Part shown: in pieces, positions 23,587 through 33,575 of the stretch
Numbering within the stretch: the stretch's first letter is position 1
Layout of the letters: each line of letters begins with the position of its first letter
From: Rhizaria sp. SCN 62-66
Lineage: Eukaryota
Direction: 5' to 3'
DNA: 37,837 nucleotides
Assembly (NCBI GenBank): GCA_001724265.1
Contig: MEDY01000302.1
Span: 1 to 37,837, forward strand
The notes under the pieces: generated by a model
Told to the model about the DNA's origin: nothing
What the model saw: the letters and a program-made list of their open reading frames with translations, nothing else
Databases searched by the model: none
Program-made: the position numbers and the translations under genes

Positions 23587-24383
23587 CTGGCCGGCGACTG
23601 GCGGGGGACAGCAGAGGGCACAGGGGCGGGTCGAAGAAGCGGAGAAAAGGGAGGTGAGCGGGAGGTGCGGTGCGGAGGGTAGGGATGAGAGCGGAAGTTT
23701 AAGTCGGTACGGCACAGGCAAGATCGAGTCTGTAAGAAATAAAAATAAAAATTGTGGGTGATCGACGCATATAATATTTGGTAGTGAAAGGAGGGCGCGC
23801 GAGGCGGTGGTTTGACGGAGAAAACGAGATGACGAAACGAGAGGAAGGGTGACGACGTGGCCAGTTAGACGCGTTCGTTGGAGGCCGCGCTTTAGTCCAG
23901 AGTTCACACACCTAACGTGCACTTTACTGTTATAAAACAGCAAAAACATACACAACACCTACGCGACCACAGTATTTCGGCAATTCCAGCCTTAATGACT
24001 GCCGATACACGCCCGAGTCCTTATCCCACAAACGCGCGCTCCTCGCAATTGCGCCTACATCTTCATTTGAGGTGACTGTGATCATCACCGCAGCGACAGC
24101 GGCCACAGACAGCCTAGCAGCGAACCGTTTCTGGGAGGGTAGGAGTTTTTGTTGGTTCATGATCTTGTGACCGTGCGGTTTGAATTAGCGTTGGTGATAA
24201 CATAAATTCAGTTTGTGTTCTTTTTGGTTTCCTTTTTGTATCTCTCAGGTCCATCGCCTACCTCATGTTCTATCCCCGTCTTTCGGACCCTCGGCCCAGT
24301 CAACTGTTCGCTATCTCACCCCTCTCTGTCCTGCTTCCTGGTGTTCTTTTTCACCATTTTTGCTTGTGCTTCCGCTTGTTTAG

Positions 24384-25064
24384 ATGTCACAAGCCAAGGT
24401 GGCGGCGCCCTACGTGCCTCTGACCGCGAGCAATCTCACTCCCGAGCAGCTGGCTGAGCTCAAGCGCAACTTCCAAAAGACCCTCGTCCAGGTCCGTTCC
24501 TTCACACTACTAAAACACAAATCTCACACCATTAAACAACGATAAATGAAACCAAACTCAATTTTAAGAAATTAAGAGCTCTAATTCGTCTTATGTATGT
24601 CGCTCACCTGAATGTCCTTTTGTTTATACTGTCTTTGTTGCGTTGTTTTGTGTAGGCCACTGACATGTCTTCGGAGGTCCAGAGCGAAGCCATCGACCTC
24701 ATCGTGTCCGCCATCGACAACATCAAGGCCAACAACGGCACCTACGAGCAGGCCGCGCGCTCCGTCAAGGACTCGATGGACCGCAAGTTCGGCCAGTCAT
24801 GGCACTGTATCATTGGCGAGGGCTTCGGCTTCGAGTGCACCGCCCAGGTACGACTATTCACCATCCTACTAATCACGGGTTTTGAAGCCCTATAAAATAT
24901 TATCAGAAGTTTATTCTCTTATGCTATTCTTTGATTCTGTTTATTACAGTTCTTACTTTGATTCTTAATTCCATCTTTTTAAACTGTTTGACTTCACGTA
25001 GGATAAGAGTATGCTCTATCTCTACTACCAGGGCACCATGGGCATCCTGCTCTTTAAGTGCTAA
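24384..25064 (+). CDS. DNAL4: Axonemal dynein light chain 4 (LC8 superfamily), 120 aa, 3 exons
   Basis: Exons 24384-24491, 24656-24847 and 25002-25064, all phase 0. Sequence TDMSSEVQSEAID...MDRKFGQSWHCIIGEGFGFECTAQDKSMLYLYYQGTMGILLFKC. The GEGFGFE motif and terminal KC are typical of DNAL4. Stop TAA. Confidence 0.88.
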
Positions 25065-26203
25065 GTCCCCCCGACTTTCGCCTATTTACAAACGCCAGCG
25101 GGGTACTCACATGCACCCCGCAACACTGCAACAACCCTTACACTGCCTCTCTAAGTCCGCTTTTGGGTATACGGAGCATCGTAGGATGACCTGTGTGCTT
25201 GAGTTGGCTTTCCAGACGCTCTAAGGGCGTGTTATTATTGCCACGGTTACTTAGATACTTAGATTTTTCTCTATTTTGTTTGATGCTCTTTTGTTTTTTC
25301 TCCTTTCCCTCGTCAATCGTCTCAGGACTTGCTTGTTACGACTCGTTACAAAGTCTTATGTGTTGATTTGCTTTGCAGTCTTTTGTTAATCGTCCCGTGC
25401 TCTCTCATTTGCTGACTGCGGTGAGTGCTACTGCTTTTGCAGTCACCACACTTGCTACCGCTACTGTTTTTGCGAAGCGTTGGTGTGTCCTGTCTCTCTT
25501 TGCAGGCTCAGTCACGGTCACAGTAGTCACGGTCACAGTTGCTATTTAGGACGCACAACAGTCAGCTTTAGACACACTCAACGTTCTTATATCACGCTTC
25601 CATTCCTAGGTGGTATGAAATACGTGTTAGTCTGTCTTATGCTGCAACAGCAAGCCTATTTGGTAGCACTACTATCCGCAAAACCGTCCTTAAATGCGTA
25701 GCCACAAAAAGCAAGCACAAAAACAGCGAAGCTCATTACATGCATTATGAAGCACGAGTGAACATGAGACTTTAGATGCATTCACCACGACGCTGATTTA
25801 TACGTTAGTTTCTATATACACCTCATCTTTATACTCTTACTAGTTCTTATTCCTGCAGAATGCCCGCTAAAGCACTTTTGTCAGATGCAATCTGACTGTG
25901 TTCCAACCCCTATTTCTGCAGATATCTCGCTACATACAGCTACTTTTGAAAAGACATATCGAGAAATATATATAATTTAGCTATACAGCTAGAGCTAATT
26001 TATTTTTACATTTATTAATGCAGATTTGTGATGGATATATGGGGAATTGTTGTTGGGTGAGATTTTTTAGGTCCCCTATAGTAGGGGGGCGGGGGAATCG
26101 GGTTCTGGGCTCTAAGCCGAGGGGGGGCGCCGAGCCCAGCCTCAGCTCTCGCGAACCGGGAGCCCCATTGTTTTGCTTCGTTCCAAAGGAATTCTGTAGT
26201 AAG

Positions 26204-27140
26204 ATGGTACGTAACTGACACCAACACCGATATTTTCTTGGGTAGTTTCATTATTCTTTGTTGGCGTGTTTCTGCAACGTCGTTGTGGCGCGTATAACCG
26301 ACTTTCCGAAGGCCCACTTAAGCCCTGGGCCGAGTCTGCTCACCCTTGCCTGCTCTCCAAAGCTTCCCTCTGCTCGTCCTGCGCCTCCCCTGCTACTCCG
26401 TGCACATTGTCTCACTTCTTGCGATCTCGCTCTTGCTTCCCGCTTTTGTTTCACGACTGATCACCCCTACAGACTAAGGGTACCAGCTCTTTCGGTGAGC
26501 GTCACACCAAGAACCACTCTCTCTGCCCCCGCTGCGGCCGTCACTCTTTCCACATCCAGCACGCGACCTGCGCCGCCTGCGCTTACCCTGCCGCTCACAA
26601 GCGCAAGTACCAGTGGGGCACCAAGGTTCGTCACTCTATCCTCTTCCCCAAACAACGCTATTTGCCCTCTGCGCACGGGTCCTAAAGCCCAGGGTCCGCC
26701 GACCCCGTCCTCTGAGCTGCGCTGCTCTCTTGCTCTTTCCTTTTCTCACTCTTCCTCCCTCTGTCGCTTCCCCCGCTCCTGTTGCCCCTTATTCCGTACC
26801 ACCACAGGCTCAGCGCCGCCGCACCACCGGCACTGGCCGCTGCCGCCACCTCAAGACCGTTGCCCGCAAGGCCAAGAACGGCTTCCGCTCCGGTACGTCC
26901 CTTACCGTCCCACCTCTACACTCGCCTCTTGCGCGCTCGCCTGACCCCTGAGGCGACTCGGAACTGAGTCCAATAGCATCTCTAGCGCGTGCTGCACATA
27001 TACGCATTAATCGTTTTTAGCTACGACGCGCACTTTGCTCACTATTCTCCTCTTCTTTGTCCTCCCCACTCTTGCTCTCTCTGCTCTCTCTGCCCCTTTT
27101 CCCCCCTGTCTTTCTCGCCTCTACAGCCAAGACCGCGTAA
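26204..27140 (+). CDS. RPL37: 60S ribosomal protein L37 (eL37), 84 aa, 4 exons (not recovered intact by the ORF track)
   Basis: Exons 26204-26206 (ATG only), 26473-26625, 26808-26892 and 27127-27140. Translation [84 protein letters not shown], with the CxxC...CxxC zinc finger. Stop TAA. Confidence 0.95.
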
Positions 27141-27944
27141 ATGTCTCGTTTATGCGTTGTAACTAGCAAAGCCAAGTCCTTCTACTGTCCGAACGAATAC
27201 AGTAATAAATTCTAAACACAAACCATGTTGTATGTCCCGCCTGTTGCAGTCAAGTCTACTGTATTCAACCGCGTGTCGCGTTTTGAGTGTTGCAAATGAA
27301 TTGAGGTTCAAGAAGTTTATTGAGGTCATTATTAAGTAGCGGATATTACAGTGCAAAGTACAGATATGTTAGTTATTCTTGCTATGAATATTAAACTCAT
27401 AAGGCTTATGTTTAGTCACAACACTATCCAAGAGCTAACTAAGATTGCTGCGTATATGCATGTGTAACTTGACCTCCACAGACGGCTGCATTGAGTGTAA
27501 GCGCGTTCTAAGTGCAAAGTGCGGCTCTTGGGGTGTGTGTTAACTGGTGCTGAGGGATGCGTTCTTGCTCAGGCCAGCCGTCAATAAGGCTGAAACCGCA
27601 GTACGTCCACTCACAACCAGTCACGAGTCACAAGCTAAGAGCGTGTGCAACAAGGGCAAGCAGAAACCGAATCAGGTATTTGCATGCGGATATAGGCAAA
27701 AGGGCTAATAAGCGTCATTGTGACGTGTTTTGTGATATTGTTTTTGAAGTTTTTGTTCATAATGGGTCGTACTGTTGTTTACTGCAATGAATAAGTTGTG
27801 CATATACGCATCACAGGGGTTGTTGCGGATAGGTCTCGTGCAAATTTCGTCGTTCTAGTTCAACATATAATAGTAGTTTGTCTTAGTTCTTGAGTTGTGG
27901 TGAGTTGCTGTTTGTGAAGTGGCAGGGTTGCGGAGGCGCGAGTG

Positions 27945-29807
27945 TTAGATGGTGGCGACGGGAGTGGAGTCCGTTTCAGCATCATCATCACAATCATCAT
28001 CAACAACCTCGTCATCGTCGTCATCGTAGTTGTAGTAGTTGTTGTTGTTATTGATATTGATGCTGCTGCTACCATCATCGTCAATATCTTGCCCATGACC
28101 AGTTATAGCTTCGCTGCTGCCACCGCCGGCAGCAACGCCAATGCTCGCACTAACACCTCCATTCGCGTCACGCTTCTGCTGCTGCTGCTGCTACTGCTAC
28201 TGTTGCTGATTAAGGCGCTTTTGCTGGTGTTTCAGCGCATTCGCGTTGCTGCATTTGCCCTTGTACAGCATCAACGGCAGCAGGTTGTTGTCGACAGCAG
28301 CCGCGGCGGCCGCAGCAGCTGCAGCTGTTGATGACGAGTCTGTGACGCTGCCAGTTGATGGGGTGCTTACACGGCGGGCACTTAGACGGGCGCGAATCGC
28401 GCGGCGCTATTGCACTAAGCCACACAAGTTGCTGTAGGTGTTGCTGTCACTGCCGCACACAGGCGCATATTCCTATAACATCCGCAACGGCAAACATAAT
28501 AAATAAACCGAACCATGGTAAAAGTCAGGCGAAATATTATTGACTTGATGTTGCATACTATATTTAATATTTGATGATATATGGTGTAATATAGCGGAGG
28601 TATGCGCCATTATTGTGCGTACCTGCGTGCAAATGCCGTCACGCCACTGATGCTCTAGCTGCGCTAGGTAGTCATGCGAGTAAGTGTAAGTACTCTTGCG
28701 CTCACGCGTACGGGAAGGCGACGGCGCCTCTAAGGGTTCGGATGCTTGCATCAACAGCTGACGCCGCCGCTGCCGCTGCTGCTCAGCAGAAACACTACTA
28801 TCAGCGACATTGGCATCAGTATCATCGTTGCCGTTGAGGGTTGGCAGGGCGCCAGGAGGCCTCGGGACTCCATAGCGGTGGCCATGAGCGGGGGGATTAC
28901 TATGGCCGTTGCTGTTGCCGTTGCTTTGAGTGAGATCGTTCGACGAGAGGGTGAGTTGCGACAAAAACACCCATTGTGTCGACGAATCAGGGTCGCAAAA
29001 CATGTTATATCCCACAATCAACGTCAGCAGCGAAACGCCTGCGATGATGGACCACTTAAGCACCTTAAGAGGATTACTGCCCCCAGCGACACGGCTCCGG
29101 TCAGAGCCAACGCCGCAGTTGCTGTTGCTGATGCTGCTGGCGTTTGAAGGGCTTGTACAGCTGCTACCACTGCTCGCGTTAACGTTATTCGGGTTTGTGA
29201 ACAGGTGTTTCGCCCCGGGGACGCCGTTGCTGTTGCTGCTGCTCGACGTAGGACTGTTGAGGTGACTGTGACTGTAGCTATTACTACCGGTAACGCTGCA
29301 CCCAGTGCCAGCAAAGCTGTTGCTGTAGTTGTTCACAACATTGTAGTTGTCGCTCCTGTTGGGGCCATTACCAACGCCAGCTCTGCTGCTGCTGCTGCTG
29401 CTGCTGCTCCTGTTGCTGTTGCTGTGTGAGTTGGCACCGACGCCGGCACCACCAGAGCTACCGCCCGCGCCAGAGTTGGATAGCAAGCTGCTGTTGACGC
29501 TGCCGTTGCTGCTGTTCGCGTTGCTGCTGCTGAGAAGGCCTGGGTTCCGATTTAAGCTGTTCCGGGGCGTAAGTGTAGCGGCGGCGTCCCCGGGCCGTTT
29601 CGACGAGGTTTCCTGCCACGGCGTTGGACGGATCGTGTTCGGCGTCACAGTGCTCGCAACGGCGTTCCCGGCACTCGCGCTAGTGTTGCTGCCCGCGTTC
29701 TTCGCGTAGCTCGGCGAGGAGAAGCTGCTGTGGCCGAGACTGAGGCGGTCGCCGTCACCATCGTTGTCGCTGTCGCTGCTGGGGAGCGAGAGCGGCTGCA
29801 TTGACAT
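27945..29807 (-). CDS. Single-pass membrane protein with a Kazal-type serine protease inhibitor domain; exon 2 contains three in-frame TAG codons (570 aa if TAG is read through, otherwise ends at 28407)
   Basis: Exon 1 is 29807-28623 (Ser/Asn-rich, TM segment WSIIAGVSLLTLIVGYNMF, ends GICTQ). Intron 28622-28473 is GTACGC...TATAG, phase 0. Exon 2 from 28472 reads EYAPVCGSDSNTYSNLCGLVQ[TAG]RRAIRARL...LPLMLYKGKC...QQQ[TAG]Q[TAG]QQQQQ...DSTPVATI, then TAA at 27947-27945. Confidence 0.75.
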
Positions 29808-30280
29808 TAGAGCGGAGGAAAAACGGCAGCAAGCCACTGTAAAGGATTATAAATTCTTCTGAGTATACGAAAACGCGAGCAAAAAGATAAAACAGTGGGG
29901 GCGACGACGATGCACAGAGGAAAGAGCAAGCGAAGGAGGAGAGTGAGGCAAGGAGGGAAGGAGACCTTGCGGATGATGCAGCACGTGCTGAACAACACCA
30001 TAAGAATAATTATTGTAGGAATGCATATATAAATAGAGTTACTCTTCAATAAAACTGTCCCATTTGAATCTGACGTTGGGGTAGTGCACATTGGTTTCGT
30101 TAAGGAGGGCAGGCGTTTGTCCATCGTCATCAAAGTCGCGTGCCTGTGGTGGAGTCACCATACATTACTTTTTACTTTACAGCACTTTATAATGGCAGCT
30201 AAGCAGATATTGACAGATTAAAATAAGCCTAATGACTGTGTATCTATACGTATACAGTGCTTAAATTACAAACAGAACTA

Positions 30281-30314
30281 ATATATATATATATATATAT
30301 CTCTCTCTCTCTCT
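30281..30314 (+). repeat. Compound microsatellite (AT)10(CT)7
   Basis: atatatatatatatatatat followed by ctctctctctctct, just downstream of the RPC6 stop codon. Confidence 0.95.
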
Positions 30315-30403
30315 CCAATCATCAACCGGCCTCACTTCGGCATTTGCACCAACAAACAACGGCTTGCTCGAAGACAACTCCCTATCGAGTCACTTCTTTC
30401 GCT

Positions 30404-32056
30404 TCAAAACCCATCGGCAAGCCACTGGCGCAGATACATGCACGCGCTGGGCTCCACCGCGCCGCCGGGGCGGCACTTGTCCTTGATCTGGCAGCCAATA
30501 CAGGGCGCAGAGAGCGTGGTCGCCTTGACGAAGCCGTACTTACCCTCCAGGGCCGCCTTGTCCCCCCCAGCAGCGGCCGCCGCCGCCGCCGCTGCCGCGC
30601 CCGGCGTGATAGTGTAGACGAGCGCATCCGAGGTGAGCTCGTCCTCGTCCTCGTCTTCGTCGTCGTCCTCGCCTTCATTGTCGTGGTCGTCGTCGTCGCC
30701 GTTGCCGTTGTAGCCGGCGACGGCGCTAGTGGCATTGCCCAGGCGCGGGCGCTTCACCGCGAACGCAGCCGCAGTCGCACTGGAAGCGCCGTTGCCGCCG
30801 GCGCTGGCCGCGGCGGCCGCGGCGGCGGAGGCAGAGGCTGCGGCGCGGTTGGTCGTGTGGATCATTGCCTGCTCCGCTGCATTCTCCCGCTCGCGCATGC
30901 GGTTCAGGTAGTCGTCCTTAAGCGCGTCGGGCATCGTCATCGGCGTCGTCAGCGAGAGCTTGCCGTCGAGCACCAGCGTCGACAAGATCGTCTTGACGTC
31001 GGCGACACCGAGCTCGACCTTAGTGACCCGGGCATCCTTGAGATGCTTCGTGACTTGCTGGGCGCACATGGGGCCGTAGCGGGTCACAATGATCGTCACG
31101 GCGTGTTGAACGGCCGCGATGAAGTTCGTGTCCATGTCATGGCCCAGGTACCACGTGCCACCAGTTACCTAGAGAGAGTTAGAGGAACAACAAAACAAGG
31201 GCGATCAAGAAAAAGAACAGAAACGTTGGTTAAGTTTGTGACATTGAAGAACGCATATGAACGAATTTTGTGAATATATTTCATTCACATATATGAATTA
31301 TATAGTAAAACGGGTGTCGATGCGCACTCATATTCCGACATTATGTTATTAGTTTTGGACTTACTTCGAGCGAAGGCTTGAGGTGGTAGAGCATATACAC
31401 CTTTTTGTTCTTGCCCGCGATAGACTTCTCGGCCTTGACAAACTTGCGCGCCATCAGCGTCTTCATGATCTTCTCCAGCACGCCCTGGCCCAGGATATTG
31501 GTCCGCTTGCGGAGGTCCTTGATCCACACGCCCTTGTTCCCTTCCTTCTCCACAGCGGCATACACGATCCGTTCGGCAGCTGAGAGCGAAGAGAGCTTGT
31601 TGGCCTCAGCCTCGGCGACGAGCTTCCAGACAACGATGGCGTCGCGGCGGAAGGTGCTGATGCGCTGCTTCTGGATCAGTGTGTTGAGAACCTGCGCCAC
31701 ATGCGCCAGAGTCACGCGCGGAGTCGTCGTGCAGGCGTCGATGAGGTACTTTTCGCAGTCCGTTTGGCGGAAACCGTCGGGGAACTGCTTGCCGAGGGCG
31801 ATGACGTCGTTTTCCAGCACGAGCATCTGCTCGGGCGTCAACGCATCTGGGTTGTAGGTATTAGGGAAAGAGCAGGAGCAGGAGCAGAGCAAAGAGTGAG
31901 TCGGAGGAGAGATGGCGCTCGGGCCCAAGGGATTTTAGAGTTGATATAAAAGTGTTATGGCGATTTGTCACAAGATTGCGATCACCAAGAAGAGAATGTG
32001 GCGTGAAAGCAAGAGCACATAGCAATATAGGATAAGGAAGACAACGTACAAGACAT
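30404..32056 (-). CDS. POLR3F: DNA-directed RNA polymerase III subunit RPC6 (C34/RPC39), about 417 aa, 3 exons
   Basis: Exons 32056-32050 (ATG TCT T), 31846-31365 and 31168-30404, phase-consistent. Motifs GNKGVWIKDL, KKVYMLYHLKPSLEVTGGTWY and the C-terminal Fe-S motif PCIGCQIKDKCRPGGAVEPSACMYLRQWL. Stop TGA. Confidence 0.93.
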
Positions 32057-33575
32057 GTTGTTCTGGCTGGTTCAGAGAGGGGCGAGCGTGCCTTCAGGTA
32101 CTAAACGAGCTGGTTAGCAAGTGCCGCTGAACCTATAAGCACAAGAAGGCCTAGCCACAGGCTTTACGCGGTTGTTCTGGCGGAGAACTGCGCACACACA
32201 GGCCGACAGAGAGGCAACGGGGCGCAGAGCAGTGCGTCGGGAGGCAGCAGAGGCAAGCTCAAGTCGAGGTGCTCGGAGCCGGGAGGCGGGAAGCTTTTTC
32301 TACGCGAGGAGTCCGTTGTTGAAAATAAAAAAGGAATGAGCACTAGAACAAGAACGGTACTAACTGGGACATAAACAGAGGTTCGTACAAACGATAATAG
32401 ACCCGAAGCCGAGGTCTCTCCCGACACGGCCACAAGAGCAAACTTTACGCTGTGCGCGGGTGCTTCTGGTGTTGGCAATTCGAAATGACCGTGAGCCTTG
32501 GCGAGATCAAGCTTTCACTGTAGCATATAACATATCTCTTATGGATGTGCACATATGAAGTTGTTACCGGGGTAATATATGCGTTATTCATAAATACACA
32601 TTATTATCATTGTTTTATTTATTGAGACTACAATCTATATTCTCTATTCTACGGTTTTTATCTTGAGGTGGGTTCTAAAAAGACGGCATATGCACTCTAG
32701 ATGACTTCTGTTAGATCTGGAATCTTGAAATGCATTTTAATCCAAACGAATACAGATAATGTGCACAAGTCACATTGATCCAATTTGATACATGTTCTCA
32801 AGGCCTCTGAGTAGCACACTGTCGCCATCGTACAATAACTCTATTTTCAGCACCATTCAATCCAAACTTAACAATGCCCAGTCGCAATGAAACCTAGATA
32901 TGTTACTAAAAACTAAGACCAAGGCTTTTTGATTAAATATAAATCTTAAAACGCGTCATTAGTACAGTATTACAGCTACTTAAAAGTTGTAGCACTTTCG
33001 TCTCAGCTTTCGATAGATATTCTCTTTTCACCTTGAAAAATATCATAGGAATAAAATACGTCCCCCGACCCCAGCAACTCGAAACTACTTTTATCATTAT
33101 AAATAGTGTCTATATCACCCCACTTTGAGACTGCTTTGTGTTAAAATCGGCCTCTGATGAAACGCTCTGGCGGCTTGATTACTGCCTGGAGTGGGGGCAG
33201 TCGCGACCGACGACAGAGACTGAACGAGGCTGACTCCCCAGTCTCGGACTGTGGCGGCTGTGGCGAGGATTGTTGTCGCGTCTTTGGGGGGGCGGCGCTT
33301 CCGAAGAGTGCATATTGCGCGCCGGGGCCATGATAGTTTCAGTGCTAAAAAGATGGAAAGTCGCATCTATAGACCGTTGATCTATTGACTTCTTTTTCGC
33401 GGCTTGCGCGAACGTGTTCACTGCGTATCTATGGCATTTCGTGCTGCGCTGGCGAGCAACGATGACACGATCGCGGCCCCACTCCCCGCTTTGCCGCCCC
33501 GTGCCTCACCGCCATCTTGTCCGCCATTGTTTCTTTTTTATTTCCCTTCACTTTCCCCACAGACTGATCGGACAA

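Noticed and set aside
26495-26500. GTGAGC looks like a splice donor inside RPL37 exon 2
   Set aside because: Reading straight through gives the conserved L37 sequence (SFGERHTK...CPRCG), so there is no intron here.
28210-28425. Alternative-frame Cys-rich ORF, or a frameshift, as the continuation of the Kazal exon
   Set aside because: The splice-defined frame already supplies the terminal YKGKC motif and typical low-complexity coding sequence. The other frames give no Kazal ending, and one has multiple stops.
33154-33200. CTGATGA as a hammerhead ribozyme core
   Set aside because: No stem II followed by GAAA, and no stem I/III arrangement is visible.
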